DNA of 64,000 nt from Microcoleus sp. GTDB taxonomy: Bacteria; Cyanobacteriota; Cyanobacteriia; Cyanobacteriales; Microcoleaceae. Under the pieces are notes generated by a model. The model did no database searches. It had not been told where the DNA came from and saw only the letters and a list, made by a program, of their open reading frames with translations. The translations under genes were made by a program, and so were the position numbers. The stretch lies in NCBI GenBank assembly GCA_042408215.1, contig JAYFMW010000006.1, positions 96,001-160,000 of the forward strand, in the 5' to 3' direction. Below, piece after piece: positions 49,755-62,603 of this stretch (its first letter is position 1; the number at the start of each line of letters is the position of its first letter).

Positions 49755-50310
49755 TGAAGCCTGAAACCTCTGATATATGTCGCTTGTACCCGAATCTCGA
49801 TCCCCCTAAATCCCCCTTGTAGGGGCGGTGCCCCCGTGCCCGCCCTCTTTAGGACTTTGAGAAGATTCCTGTCCCCCCCTTGTAGGCAGGGCTGTTTCAT
49901 TCTCTTGTAGGGGCAATCCCCCCGTGGTTGCCCTGATGCCTGAAACACCTACAAAATCGTGGATGAGGAGGGTAGGCACGGGGAGTAGGGGTCGCACTAC
50001 CCCTACAAAACGATGATTTGTTTGAGAATGAAACAGCCCTGCCCTTGTAGGGGCGGTGCCCCCGTGCCCGCCCTCTTTAGGACTTTGAGAAGATTCCTGT
50101 CCCCCCCTTGTAGGGGCGGTGCCCCCGTGCCCGCCCTCTTTAGGACTTGGAGAAGATTCCTGTCCCCCCCTTGTAGGGGCGGTGCCCCCGTGCCCGCCCT
50201 CTTTAGGACTTTGAGAAGATTCCTGTCCCCCCCTTCTTAAGGGGGGCTAGGGGGGATCTGGACTCGAACAAAAGCGATATTCCTCATGGGTTTCAGGCTT
50301 AAGTTGACAC
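49755..50310. repeat. MITE/REP composite with 63-bp tandem units
   Basis: ttgtaggggcggtgcccccgtgcccgccc... at 50045, 50108 and 50171, plus a copy near 49817; ends in aagttgacac like the MITE at 30428. Confidence 0.85.
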
Positions 50311-50348
50311 CAATGAACACTGTTGTGTCCTTTTCCTCTGTTGCCAGC

Positions 50349-51773
50349 TCAATCCGCGAAATGCTTAATAATCGCCTCCGCAAACTCCGAACACTTCAAC
50401 TCCGGCACCGGCGGCTCCATCAACCGGGCTAAATCATAGGTAACTTCACCATTAGAAATAGCCGCAGCCAAACCCTTCTTAATCAAGTCTGCCGCTTCCT
50501 GCCAGCCCATATATTCCAACATCATCACCCCGGACAAAATCAGCGAACCGGGATTAACTTTATCCAAACCAGCGTGTTTCGGTGCAGTACCGTGAGTGGC
50601 CTCAAAAACTGCACATTCATCACCAATATTAGCACCAGGGCCCATGCCCAATCCGCCGACAATGGCGGCGGCCGCATCCGACAAATAATCGCCGTTTAAA
50701 TTCATCGTCGCCAAAATCGAATACTCGGCCGGTCGGGTTTGAATTTGTTGGAAAATGCTGTCAGCAATTCTGTCATTGACCATGATTTTCTCTTTCCATT
50801 TGCCGTCGCCATGACTATCCCAAATTGCAGTTAGGACATCGGTGACTTCCTGAGTTATTTTGGCTTGTTTCTCAGGAGTCAAAGCATCGTATCCCGGATC
50901 TATTTGGCGGGCATTATCTTCTAAGCTAATGTCAGGATTTTTTTCTTTGTTCCCCAGAATCCAAGACTCTCTTTCTGTCACACACTCAGCACGATATTCG
51001 GTGGTTGCTAATTCGTAACCCCAGTCTCGGAAAGCTCCTTCGGTGTATTTCATGATGTTGCCTTTGTGCACCAAAGTCACTTGCTGCTTTTCTTTCGGCA
51101 ACCGCAGGGCGTGGGTAATGGCGCGCCGTACTAAGCGCTGAGAACCTGTTTTGCTAATGGGTTTAATGCCAATTCCAGAATCGAGGCGAATTTGTTTTTT
51201 GCCGTGTTCTGGTGTTGCTGGAATTAACTCATTATTGAGGAATTCAATCAATTTGTTGCCGATTTCGCTGCCTTCTGGCCATTCAATTCCCAGGTAAATA
51301 TCCTCTGTATTTTCCCGGTAAATAATTATGTCTAGCAGTTCGGGAGTTTTGTGCAATGATGGGGTTCCATCATAATATTTGCAGGGGCGGACGCAGGCGT
51401 AAAGGTCAAAGATTTGTCGCAAAGCTACGTTTAGCGATCGAATTCCGCCACCTATGGGCGTTGTCAGCGGGCCTTTGATGGCGACGCCGTATTCTTTGAT
51501 GGCGTCTAAGGAATCTTGGGGCAGATATTGGTATGTACCGTAGACATCGCAGGCTTCGTCGCCTACATAGATTTTAAACCAGTTGATTTTGCGATCGCCG
51601 CCGTAAGCCTGTTCTACCGCAGCATCCATGACTTTCTGGGATGCTGGCCACAAGTCAACACCCGTACCGTCGCCGCGAATGAAGGGAATGATCGGGTCAT
51701 TGGGGACGATCGGCAAACCGTCTTTGAAAGTAATCTTAGAACCAGTTGTCGGGGCTACAATCTTTTCGTACAT
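50349..51773 (-). CDS. icd: NADP-dependent isocitrate dehydrogenase
   Basis: [39 protein letters not shown]. Confidence 0.97.
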   Translation of the reverse strand: MYEKIVAPTTGSKITFKDGLPIVPNDPIIPFIRGDGTGVDLWPASQKVMDAAVEQAYGGDRKINWFKIYVGDEACDVYGTYQYLPQDSLDAIKEYGVAIKGPLTTPIGGGIRSLNVALRQIFDLYACVRPCKYYDGTPSLHKTPELLDIIIYRENTEDIYLGIEWPEGSEIGNKLIEFLNNELIPATPEHGKKQIRLDSGIGIKPISKTGSQRLVRRAITHALRLPKEKQQVTLVHKGNIMKYTEGAFRDWGYELATTEYRAECVTERESWILGNKEKNPDISLEDNARQIDPGYDALTPEKQAKITQEVTDVLTAIWDSHGDGKWKEKIMVNDRIADSIFQQIQTRPAEYSILATMNLNGDYLSDAAAAIVGGLGMGPGANIGDECAVFEATHGTAPKHAGLDKVNPGSLILSGVMMLEYMGWQEAADLIKKGLAAAISNGEVTYDLARLMEPPVPELKCSEFAEAIIKHFAD

Positions 51774-52121
51774 ATCTTAACAGTGCGGATAGCAATTCTC
51801 CCTATTTTGCCACGATTGTCTGTCTAAACTTCAACAAATTCTCAAGAATTGCCTAAATTTTGCTCTTTTCTCGGCTGCTGTATCTATCGCGACAAAATTG
51901 GGATTATATTAATTAATTTTTATAGCAACCTTCTCGGTGCAGCCGGAGCTTTTAAAGTGCTGAAACCATTGATTTTATTACATCTTCCTTCTTCCTTCTT
52001 TTTACCCTGAGCCCTTCGATTACGCGATCGGGTAAACTGCGTCGAAGGGCCTTCTTCCTTCTTCAGATGGAGGCCGATCGACGCAGATTTTTTTTGATGA
52101 TGTCTACATTGATCTGCGTTT

Positions 52122-52730
52122 TTATTCTTTTTGCATATTCTTCTTGACAATCCACAAAATACACCAGATGACAATAATTACTACAACTATTTTGGAAACA
52201 GGAGCAAGATAATCCTCGACAAGTTTATAATTTTCACCGAGTTTATATCCGGCAAAAGTGAGGAAGCTCACCCATAAAACAGTGCCGCCTGTTGAGTAGA
52301 GTAAAAACGGAATTAAAGGCATATTATTGATGCCAGCGGGCAGGGAAATTAGGGTACGAACTCCGGGCACGAGGCGACACAAAAATACGGCTTTGTTGCC
52401 GTGTCTGTTAAACCATCTATTTGCCTTATCAATATCGGCGCCTGATACAGTAATCCACTTGCCGTATTTGTCGGCCAAGTTCCTCAAGCGTTCTTCGCTC
52501 AATAACTTACCGGCATAGTACCACGGAAGCGCCCCTAAAACTGTACCGATGACTCCTGCTGCGATCGCCGGTGCCATCTGCATACCCTGGTCGCCCTTGG
52601 ATACCGTGAATCCTGCCAGCGGCATAATCAATTCTGAGGGTATGGGCGGGAAAAGATTTTCTAAGAACATCAATAATGCAATGCCCAGATAACTCATGGA
52701 CTGCATTGTGTTAGTTATCCATTCAACCAT
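52122..52730 (-). CDS. DedA family membrane protein
   Basis: LENLFPPIPSE, RLVPGVRTLISLPAG. Confidence 0.93.
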   Translation of the reverse strand: MVEWITNTMQSMSYLGIALLMFLENLFPPIPSELIMPLAGFTVSKGDQGMQMAPAIAAGVIGTVLGALPWYYAGKLLSEERLRNLADKYGKWITVSGADIDKANRWFNRHGNKAVFLCRLVPGVRTLISLPAGINNMPLIPFLLYSTGGTVLWVSFLTFAGYKLGENYKLVEDYLAPVSKIVVVIIVIWCILWIVKKNMQKE

Positions 52731-52756
52731 TTTGATTTAATAATGTGGTAAGAAGA

Positions 52757-52906
52757 AGTCAGTAGTCAGTAGTCATTAGTCAGTAGTCAGTAGTCATTAG
52801 TCATTAGTCAGTAGTCATTAGTCAGTAGTCAGTAGTCAGTAGTCATTAGTCAGTAGTCAGTAGTCATTAGTCAGTAGTCATTAGTCATTAGTCATTAGTC
52901 ATTAGT
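52757..52906. repeat. STRR heptamer array
   Basis: Tandem TAGTCAG/TAGTCAT. Confidence 0.9.
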
Positions 52907-53160
52907 TCGCTCGTTCCTATGCTCTGCCCATTGGTGAAAATTTAAGACTTAAAGCCCTGAGAAATCTTGTTTTTACCTGAGTATAGATACCCCTAAATCC
53001 CCCTTGAAAAGGGGAGTAGGGGTTGACTTTGAGAAGATTCCGGTTCCCCCCTTATTAAGGGGGGTTAGGGGGGATCTAGGCTTCGACACCAACAAGAAAG
53101 ATTATCGGTTTAATCTTAAGTTGTCAGCAACGGGATTGCCCCTACAAGTAAAAACTAAGA

Positions 53161-54444
<1,284 letters not shown>

Positions 54445-54641
54445 TTATTTCTCAGAAATCATTCAACTTCATTAGTTGTACCAGATTAACCTAGGTCGCC
54501 GCAAGTGCTGCGATTTGACTCGATCGGGACTGGCTTGGGTGAGCTGAATTTTTGATGGCCTTCGATCGACTAATTTGCGCTCTACACTTTCGAGTCATGA
54601 CTCACCATGCCTTGAATTTTCCACATCGCACTCAGGAGCGC

Positions 54642-55243
54642 TCAATCTTTTTCTTGAGACTTATTTTCTTGAATTATATGAATAATAGAAGGCACAAAAG
54701 AAGTTACAATTATACCCAAAACGATCGGCAATAAATACTTGTCAACATCAGGAATTACCCGTCCCAAATAATAACCCATCAGGGTGATGCCAAACACAAA
54801 AACCCGCCAATTAGGTTGTCAGACATAAAACTTTTGTATTTCATTGCCGCCACCCCGGCAACTATCGGAGCAAAAGTGCGGACAATTGGCATAAATCACG
54901 CCATGACAACTGCTTTTTGACCGTGTTTTTCGTAGAAGTTTTCGGTTTTTTCTAAATATTCTTTTTTAAACAGCCACGAATCTTCCTTTTGAAATAAGCG
55001 GCGGCCCCAATGGTGTCCGCTTGCATAGCCAACATTGTCGCCCGCTACTGCACATACAAACGCCCCAAATATCAGAGTCCAAATATTCATAGTATTAGGT
55101 TGAGATGCAACAAATCCAGCCGTAAATAGCAATCTGTCTCCCGGCAATAAAAACCCAATCAGCAATCCTGATTCAGCGAACACAATGGCCCAAACTCCTA
55201 AATAGCTAAAGGTTTTAATCCGTTGTGGCAAATCAAAATTCAT
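54642..55243 (-). pseudogene. DedA/VTT family pseudogene
   Basis: AESGLLIGFLLPGD; in-frame TGA replaces Arg in A[R]FMPIVRTF at 54896-54898; a second lesion (frameshift) near 54797 precedes FGITLMGYYLG. Confidence 0.85.
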
Positions 55244-55447
55244 TTTTCTGTTTTTTCCTAGGACTTAACTGAGCCTTACAAAAATGATGGTATCATGGAC
55301 GGGATTCTTGGTTAAATGTAACATAAAATGGAAATAGGGCGGGGAGTTAGTCATTGTTTATTGCTTTGTGCACTCTTTTCGCCAGCACAAGGTAGAATTA
55401 ATTTCATGGTTGACATCCACCCCGCCGTGAACGGACGGGGATTCCAT

Positions 55448-56674
55448 CTATTTCAACAGATCAAAAATTGACAACTGCTGAAATTCTGGTTGGGTTGACG
55501 CTTCATTGGCTACAGCTACCTTGGCGGTAGTCTTACGTCTGCCTCCACGTCCGTTTAAAGTCTCCGAAAGCCCTCCGGCGACTAAAATATTAATTGCGGC
55601 ATTTACGTCTCTATCGTGATGAATCCCACAATTTAAACAAGTCCACTCTCTAACATTTAACTCTTTTTTTCCACCATGAAAACCACAGTGATAGCAGGTT
55701 TTAGAAGTGGGATTCCATCTATCAATTACTCGAAAATCACGCCCGTACATGACCGACTTAGCCTCTAACATAGTTCTAAAACTACGCCAGCCTAAGTCAC
55801 TAATAGCACGGGACAACCTGCGATTTTTCATCAGACCTGAAACCTTCAAATCTTCCAAGACTATTGTTTGATTCTCACGAATCATCTGAGTTGAAAGTTT
55901 CTGTAAAAAATCGTTTCTGGCATCAGAAATCTTAGCGTGAAGTTGAGCTAGTTTCTTTCTGGCAACTTCCCTTCTTTTGCTACCTTTCTGTTTTCTTGAC
56001 AAATTGCGCTGTAATTTCCTTAAACGCTTTAACTGTTTCTTTAAAGGTTTAGGTGATTTAACTTTTTCACCGTTACTTAATGTAGCAAAATCAGTGATTC
56101 CTAAATCAATTCCTACACTTGGTCCGTTCTTAGGTAATTGTTGAGGATTAAACTCAACTACAAAGCTAACAAAGTATCTATCAGCACTATCTTTGAGCGT
56201 GGTAACACTGGAAGGAATAGCTGGTAACTCTCTACTCCAGACTACTTTAATATCACCTATTTTAGCAAGGTAAATGTAATCAGAATCAGGAGAGAGTTTA
56301 AAACCATTATCAGTGAACTTAGCAGACTGTTTAGACTTACGTTTCTTAAATCTAGGCGGTTTAACTTTCTGACCTTTTCTTTGTCCTTTACAAGATTTGA
56401 AAAAGTTAGAATAAGCCTGTTCTAAATCCCTTAAAGATTGCTGTAAGGGAATAGAGGAAACCTCTCCCAACCAGATTTTTTCCTCTGTTTTCTTGAGTTC
56501 TGTAAGTCTTTTAGAAAGTTCATTACTAGAAGGTTTTTTATGACCTTTTAAGTATGCTTCTTGACAAGGAGCTAAAGCATCGTTAAAAACCACACGACAA
56601 CAACCAAACAATTGAGATATTAGCCTTTTTTGTTGGGTAGTTGGGTAGATTCGATAGCGATATCTTAACTTCAT
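55448..56674 (-). CDS. tnpB: TnpB RNA-guided nuclease, canonical DED with zinc finger
   Basis: YRYRIYPT, GIDLG, VLEDL, CYHC/CLNC, HDRDVNAA. Confidence 0.95.
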   Translation of the reverse strand: MKLRYRYRIYPTTQQKRLISQLFGCCRVVFNDALAPCQEAYLKGHKKPSSNELSKRLTELKKTEEKIWLGEVSSIPLQQSLRDLEQAYSNFFKSCKGQRKGQKVKPPRFKKRKSKQSAKFTDNGFKLSPDSDYIYLAKIGDIKVVWSRELPAIPSSVTTLKDSADRYFVSFVVEFNPQQLPKNGPSVGIDLGITDFATLSNGEKVKSPKPLKKQLKRLRKLQRNLSRKQKGSKRREVARKKLAQLHAKISDARNDFLQKLSTQMIRENQTIVLEDLKVSGLMKNRRLSRAISDLGWRSFRTMLEAKSVMYGRDFRVIDRWNPTSKTCYHCGFHGGKKELNVREWTCLNCGIHHDRDVNAAINILVAGGLSETLNGRGGRRKTTAKVAVANEASTQPEFQQLSIFDLLK

Positions 56675-56734
56675 TGACTTAATTTGCCATTGAAAATATA
56701 CTCTAATTATAGAGCTACTTTTAGAGTAGGTCAA

Positions 56735-56880
56735 GAACAAAAAAAAATCAATTCAATGTCAATGAACGCGAATACCAAAAACTTAAATAATATGCAGAAT
56801 TTCTTAATATTTTAATGGCTGAAGTCTTGAGGGATTATATTAAGTCTTTGGAAAGCCGTCCTAGAAGGACGGGGTTTTAA
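56735..56880 (+). pseudogene. Degenerate RHH mini-gene divergent from tnpB
   Basis: NVNEREYQKLK*YAEFLNILMAEVLRDYIKSL, with an in-frame stop. Confidence 0.55.
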
Positions 56881-57467
56881 ACCCAAATCTTCGATAAATC
56901 ACGATCGCTTTTGGCCTGGGTGCGGTCAACGATCGAGGATAGCGATCGATTATTCGCAACAAATTTTTTCAGTCTGATTTAACAATGGGTGCTGTAATTC
57001 AACAAATCCCAAACTAGCTTGTTAAACCTGCTAGGTCAAGCGATCGAGGCGCCATCAATAGTAGTTGCAGTGGTAGTTCTTTTCCTGAGCCGGACTTGGG
57101 CTAGGTTTGTCCGGCAATAGTCTCGGTAGCTACCGAAGGTATGATTAAAAGTTGATCTTTGCGATCGCTGTTCATGCAAACTAGCTATGCCATGACGTGG
57201 GTCATCGGCAGTTCGTGAGCCTGTGTAATTGCTTTCCCAGCCGATCGCAAATCGGCTGGGAGTTAATCGGATGGGTCATCGGTAATTGGTAATTGGGAAT
57301 CAGTACCTACCGTTAAAATTGGCTGTCAAGGTGCTTGTGGGGTGGAGAAAGTGTCCTTTTTTTGTTAATCAAGAAAAGCAAAAGGCTCGCCAATCTCCCA
57401 TCGGCGCGCCTGCAAATCTTATTAATTTTTTCACAATTAATTTATCAGCTCGCTCAGGTGCAAAAAG

Positions 57468-58172
57468 TCAGGAAGCCGTATTGCTAGCGCGGCGGCGGCG
57501 TGCTGCAATCAAGCCACCCAAACCAAGAGCCAAACCAGTCATTGTCATGGGTTCGGGAACTGCTTGGGCGCTGACGGTGAAGTCTTGGAAGTCTGTGTCG
57601 TTAGTGTTCCCGCGATCGTCGAAGCCAATTAGCGTGGTGCCGTTAAACAGGGAAGCCATTCCGTCTGTGAACGATCCGGCTGCTTGGAATGTGGCAGTTG
57701 TTTCTTTGTCGAGGGCGTTCCACAGCAAGGATGACTGGCCAAACACTACTTGCTGGCTGCCACTAGAGGCGACGTTCAGGTTCAGCCCCGATGTCGAGTA
57801 GACCATGCCGTTATCGCTTGAGAGTCCCAAAGTGTAAACTCTACCGGCCAGGAACTCGAAGACTGCGGGGCCTGAATCCACAACTGTGTTGCCGAGTGTT
57901 CCTTTCCAGTCGTGCTCGTCACCGTTGTCTGAGGATTTAGTTTCCGAAAACAGGTTCGCAACGTTAGTGAGTGAGAAGCCGTTCACTTCGTAAATTCCCA
58001 AAGAGGAAGTGAAGGCCCCGTGAGATTCCTTGAAATTAAATTCGACTTTTTGATTTTGTCCGAATGTGATACCGTTGGTGCCAAAGGAGAAGGCTTGGGC
58101 TGGAGCGGATGCGCCGAATAAAGCTGTTGCGGCTGCTGTGGCTGTTAGGGCGGATAAGAGTTTGGTGTTCAT
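57468..58172 (-). CDS. PEP-CTERM sorting domain protein (DUF4114-like)
   Basis: Signal peptide ending AQA; GFDDRGNTNDTDFQDF; VPEP-TM-RRRR tail. Confidence 0.92.
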   Translation of the reverse strand: MNTKLLSALTATAAATALFGASAPAQAFSFGTNGITFGQNQKVEFNFKESHGAFTSSLGIYEVNGFSLTNVANLFSETKSSDNGDEHDWKGTLGNTVVDSGPAVFEFLAGRVYTLGLSSDNGMVYSTSGLNLNVASSGSQQVVFGQSSLLWNALDKETTATFQAAGSFTDGMASLFNGTTLIGFDDRGNTNDTDFQDFTVSAQAVPEPMTMTGLALGLGGLIAARRRRASNTAS

Positions 58173-58749
58173 ACAATTTTCCTCTTTCGTGACTATCTTT
58201 CTTAGTGATCTGATTATCTAATACTTTTTGACTCTTTTGGCACTTGAGGTGAGTTGGGAGCAATTCTTCATCAAGTCTTTACATAGCCTTCACAAATGCT
58301 CTAGATTTTCTGGGCGATCGCTATCTAAAAATTCACAGGCCAAAATATAGGAATAGTGCCTTGAAGTCTTGGAATCACAGGCATCTGAGGAGTTATTACA
58401 AAAACTGATTGCTGCCCGGTTTTCTGCTATTCGTGTCTGCGATCGATCGTCTATGTCTCCAAACAGCTAACACTTACGCGGAAATACGGTGGCTCTCACG
58501 CAATTTGATTTTTCGAGGAGTCTGCTATTAACGATAAACCGGGAATATTTGTTTTTTTGGACTTGCGTATAGGAGTTAAATTAGTCTAATTATTAGATTA
58601 AGTAAGTAATTTTACGGATTCACGAAAAATTCGATCGAGACTGGAATTCAGCAGACTGGTGTGCTTTCTGGGGGGATTCCCCCGACCAAATATCATAATA
58701 TACAGATCATATACAGGAGCTGCGTCAGTCTCGATCGACCGCAGGAACA

Positions 58750-58960
58750 TTAGAACAAGCCGCCTCCGGGTTCAAAAGCCCAAGGTTCCCCGCGTTCGTG
58801 GTAGCCGTTGCGTTCCCAAAAGCCCAACTCTTGAGATTCTGTAAACTCCAGGCCGTTAATCCATTTGGCGCTTGGACAAGCATAGAGGTGCGGGACTAGC
58901 AGCCGCAGTGCTGCCGCCGTGGTTGGGGATAGGGGTTCCCCGAAGAGTAGCAAAGAAGCG
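58750..58960 (-). pseudogene. C-terminal fragment of a sulfite oxidase-like molybdopterin oxidoreductase
   Basis: LRLLVPHLYA..SAKWINGLEF...GFWERNGYHERGEPW; no intact N-terminus. Confidence 0.7.
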
Positions 58961-59553
58961 GAGTAATCCGAGAGAAACGGAGTAATTCGGAGTCCACTGC
59001 TACACCAGATTTCACACACGCATTGTGCGATCGCCGCTTACAGGTCATGACTCAATGAATTCGGGAAAGATTCAAGCGTCGGGGGAGGAACACCGCACCC
59101 TACTAACAAGCCTGTAAGCCAATCGCTGCAAACATTACCAATTCTGAGATGCAGAAATGCAAATTCAAGCTAATTACGTTTTTCTTGTGAATCACGACAG
59201 GACGCTCCTGAATATGGTGCATCCAGCCCGTGCTAGAGAGCTGTATCGCCGTCAGTGAGGACGGGGAAGCCGTTGGCCTGGTATTGACCGGGGGGGAGGC
59301 GATCGCTGTTGTCTGATTCTGGGTAGCGAAAAAATTTGCCCAGCATTGATTGACGCTCTACAGCAATTGACTGCAATGCCCAGTATAACTTGCAGGGGGG
59401 GACGCCATTAAAAATTCAAAAAAGTTGGTGCCAGAATATTTATGACTTAACCTTAAATAAGATCGCATTTGATCTTGCTTTTTTGAATTTTTCATGTATT
59501 GTCAAAATATACTAATCTGCCATACATCCAATTTTTCTGATGGAGTAAAAACC

Positions 59554-59790
59554 ATGATCGCAAGTTGCTTGATTCCGTTGACTGTCTGCTTGATTGCTGG
59601 GTTGGTGACGACAGGGACTGACAGAAGAACGTTTGACGGGATTCCGGCTCCCATAGCTGCAATTATCGGAGTGTTTTCGTTAATTTGGTTTGTGGCGGCC
59701 TGTGCTTGGCCGATCAAACTCGGTCTGGTGCTAGTCGTCCTAATTTGGGGCAAAGCTTACGTGCAGAATATTATGTTGAGATTGGGATGA
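59554..59790 (+). CDS. Small hydrophobic membrane protein
   Basis: GGAG RBS before MIASCLIP; hydrophobic helices. Confidence 0.55.
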   Translation: MIASCLIPLTVCLIAGLVTTGTDRRTFDGIPAPIAAIIGVFSLIWFVAACAWPIKLGLVLVVLIWGKAYVQNIMLRLG

Positions 59791-60022
59791 ATTTTCTGTC
59801 TCTAGCGCTGAAGAAGAGTTGCAGGAGTGCGATCGTCCGGTGCTGGTACTATTTTTAATCTCATAAATTTTCCAATTTGGCAGGGTGCGCGGGCGCACCT
59901 TGCTGCTACAACCCTGTGCAATCTCGTTCTTTGGTAAATTGGCAAATTGGTCGGGTGCGCCCAATAGCACCTCAATCAGATCTAGGTAAAATGGCGAGTG
60001 ATCTAGGTAAAATGGCGAGTTT

Positions 60023-60718
60023 TTAAATTGGTAAGCGATTGATATCTTTATTAGAACCAATGACCACCATCGCCGTACCCTTGGTTAAACGCTCATTTGG
60101 CTGCGGATTAATTTCAAATTTGTCATCGCGACCGACTGCTAGCAAATTTAAGCCATATCTGCGACGGAGTTCCAAATCAGCGATGGTTTTGCCATCAAAC
60201 TTTTCAGGAACGAGCAACTCAACTATACTGTGATCGGGATCGAGGTCAAAGCGTTCTAATATGCTGGGTTTTGTAAGAGTGCGGGCCAAAGAGCAGCCCA
60301 TCTCTCGTTCGGGAAAAACTACATGATCGGCGCCAACTTTTTTCAGAATTTTTAAGTGAGTTTCGGAAGAAGCTTTAGCGATGACGTGAGTTACTCCGCC
60401 TTCCTTTAGATTTAGGGTTGTGGTAATACTTTGGGCTAAGTAATTGCCGATCGCCACAATCACTGTATCAAATTCAAAGATACCGGCGGCCTTGAGGGCT
60501 GTAGGATCAGTAGAGTCTAACTGCAAAACGTGAGCTGCAATTCGATCGCTCAAAGCTTGAGTGACTTTTTTTTCGTCGGTATCAACTCCCAAGACTTCGT
60601 AGCCTAAACTGTGGAGAGTCGAACACACAGCGGTGCCGAAGCGCCCCAAACCAATAACTGCAAACTGCTTGTTTTCTGCGCGCAAACTGCGAAAAAAGTT
60701 TAAAGATGACAGGTTCAT
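60023..60718 (-). CDS. ktrA: KtrA/TrkA potassium uptake regulatory subunit
   Basis: FAVIGLGRFG, GADHVVFPE, RCK_C domain. Confidence 0.9.
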   Translation of the reverse strand: MNLSSLNFFRSLRAENKQFAVIGLGRFGTAVCSTLHSLGYEVLGVDTDEKKVTQALSDRIAAHVLQLDSTDPTALKAAGIFEFDTVIVAIGNYLAQSITTTLNLKEGGVTHVIAKASSETHLKILKKVGADHVVFPEREMGCSLARTLTKPSILERFDLDPDHSIVELLVPEKFDGKTIADLELRRRYGLNLLAVGRDDKFEINPQPNERLTKGTAMVVIGSNKDINRLPI

Positions 60719-60950
60719 GTTCATATTCAGTGCTAAGTCTCCTACTTTTAAAAAGTTAAGATATACAGCGCCGCCCGGTAAGAGAGCGAAGCCGAAGTGT
60801 TGATTTTTTGGTATGTAATGAAAGTTGATTTGGGTGGTCGCCCATGAGACTTCTCCAAAAAAGCAAGTCTTGAACAGGCAGGATGCCTGTTCCACAATAA
60901 TTATTGGAGATGTCTATTGTTTAGATTATCAGCAAGTAGGCCAGATTTTA

Positions 60951-62285
60951 CTATCCGACTAACAAACTTTCTTCGGGATATTTAAAAGTGGTGGGTTTAG
61001 GATCGCCGACGGCGACACTCATCAGCAGCAGCACGCCAACCCGACCTATGTACATTGTCGCAATCAGAACCAACTTGCCGATCGCCGAAATCTTGGCTGT
61101 AATCCCCGTAGAAAGTCCCACGGTGCCAAAAGCTGACACTACCTCAAATAGCACCTGCATAAATTCTAGTTCGGGATTGGCCAGCTCAACTAAAGTTGCA
61201 GATACTATCACTACCATGAGGGAGCCAAACACCACGCTAATAGTCTTCAGAATCAGTGCTATGGGGATTTGGCGCTGATAACACTGCACCTGATCCTTCC
61301 CTTCGAGAACTGCTGCGGTACAGCTAAACAAGATCCTAAAAGTCGTGGTTTTGATACCGCCGCCGGTGCTACCGGGACTAGCGCCAACAAACATCAGGGC
61401 GATCGTCAAAAATAGTGCCGTTTCGCTCATTTTGCCAATGTCAATGGTATTAAATCCGGCCGTGCGAGGAGTAACAGATTGAAACCAAGCGGCCATCACT
61501 TTTTGAGGAAAATTTAGGGGGCCGAAAGTTTCTGGATTGTTGTATTCCATTAGCAAAAATGCGATCGTTCCTAAAATTACAAGTACAGCAGTTGTGCTGG
61601 TAACGACTTTAAAATTTAGGGAAAACACTGTGCAGATCGGACTCTTGTAAAAACGATCGCGCAGCCACAGGTACATTTCCATAATTACCTGATAGCCGAT
61701 GCCTCCAAAGATAATCAACCCGCCGATAGTGAAGTTGATTAAAGGCGAACCGATATAGCCGATTAAATTGTCTGAGTAGAGGCTAAAGCCGGCATTATTA
61801 AAGGCATTAACGCTGTGAAACACAGAAGACCAAAGACCATCCTTAAATCCATCTTGGGGGACAAAAACTGGCATCAGCAAAAACACGCCTGTTAGTTCAA
61901 ACAAAATGGTTGTGGCTAAAATTGACTGCACGAGTTGCACTACACCATCCAGACCAGATTTGTCAAGAGATTGTTGGATGGCAATTTTGTCTTTCAAGCC
62001 AAATCGGCGGCCCAGTAACAGTAGTAAGAAAGTAGTGGCTGTCATGTAGCCTAAGCCTCCTACTTGCACTAATAAAACTAGGAAAAATTGCCCCAAAAAA
62101 GAGTAATATTTTCCGACATCTACAACTGATAAGCCGGTGACGCAGACAGCAGAAGTAGAGGTAAAGAGTGCTGTGATTGGATCGCTCCAAGTTCCGTCAC
62201 TTGTGGAGAAAGGCATCAATAACAATAGAGCACCTACGGCAATGACGGCTATAAAGCCCAAGCAAATAGTTCGCGAGACGGTCAT
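60951..62285 (-). CDS. ktrB: KtrB/TrkH potassium uptake membrane subunit
   Basis: SAVCVTGL, FNNAGF, RTAGF, SAFGTVGLS. Confidence 0.92.
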   Translation of the reverse strand: MTVSRTICLGFIAVIAVGALLLLMPFSTSDGTWSDPITALFTSTSAVCVTGLSVVDVGKYYSFLGQFFLVLLVQVGGLGYMTATTFLLLLLGRRFGLKDKIAIQQSLDKSGLDGVVQLVQSILATTILFELTGVFLLMPVFVPQDGFKDGLWSSVFHSVNAFNNAGFSLYSDNLIGYIGSPLINFTIGGLIIFGGIGYQVIMEMYLWLRDRFYKSPICTVFSLNFKVVTSTTAVLVILGTIAFLLMEYNNPETFGPLNFPQKVMAAWFQSVTPRTAGFNTIDIGKMSETALFLTIALMFVGASPGSTGGGIKTTTFRILFSCTAAVLEGKDQVQCYQRQIPIALILKTISVVFGSLMVVIVSATLVELANPELEFMQVLFEVVSAFGTVGLSTGITAKISAIGKLVLIATMYIGRVGVLLLMSVAVGDPKPTTFKYPEESLLVG

Positions 62286-62304
62286 CGGATTTTAGATTTT
62301 AGAT

Positions 62305-62579
62305 TTGGGATTTGGGATTGAAGAGTGGTCGAAAGTTAAAACATTCTGCCTTGAGTTCCGGCTCCTCGTTTGCGATGGAGCGATCGAACTTAAATCGCAA
62401 AAGATGACAACTGTGGGAAAAAAACGGTAGAATTTATTTCATTCGATTTTAGATTTGGGATTGAAGAGTGGTCGAAAGTTAAAACATTCTGCCTTGAGTT
62501 CCGGCCCTCGTTTGCGCTCGACCGATGCTCGAACTCAAATCGCAAAAGATGACAACTGTGGGAGAAGAAGGGTAGAATT
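62305..62579. repeat. Direct duplication of about 135 bp in the ktrB/methyltransferase divergent region
   Basis: gatttgggattgaagagtggtcgaaagttaaaacattctgccttgagttccggc...gacaactgtggga...ggtagaatt occurs twice. Confidence 0.85.
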
Positions 62580-62603
62580 CCTTTAATAACTTGCGATCGT
62601 GCG

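Larger units (their letters stand above)
55410..56893 (-). mobile_element. tnpA-less IS200/IS605 element
   Basis: Left-end hairpin (plus strand aagccgtcctagaaggacggggtttt) at about 56852-56878; right-end hairpin ending in TCAA near 55410. Confidence 0.8.

Noticed and set aside
50045..50234. CRISPR array or the 75-aa repeat ORF
   Set aside because: Near-identical 63-bp units inside a MITE/REP composite; the ORF is a by-product of the repeats
57286..57801. 171-aa plus-strand ORF and similar antisense ORFs across the window
   Set aside because: They are shadows of well-supported genes on the opposite strand
62286..62600. c-di-AMP (ydaO) riboswitch before ktrB
   Set aside because: No recognisable ydaO consensus; only a direct duplication
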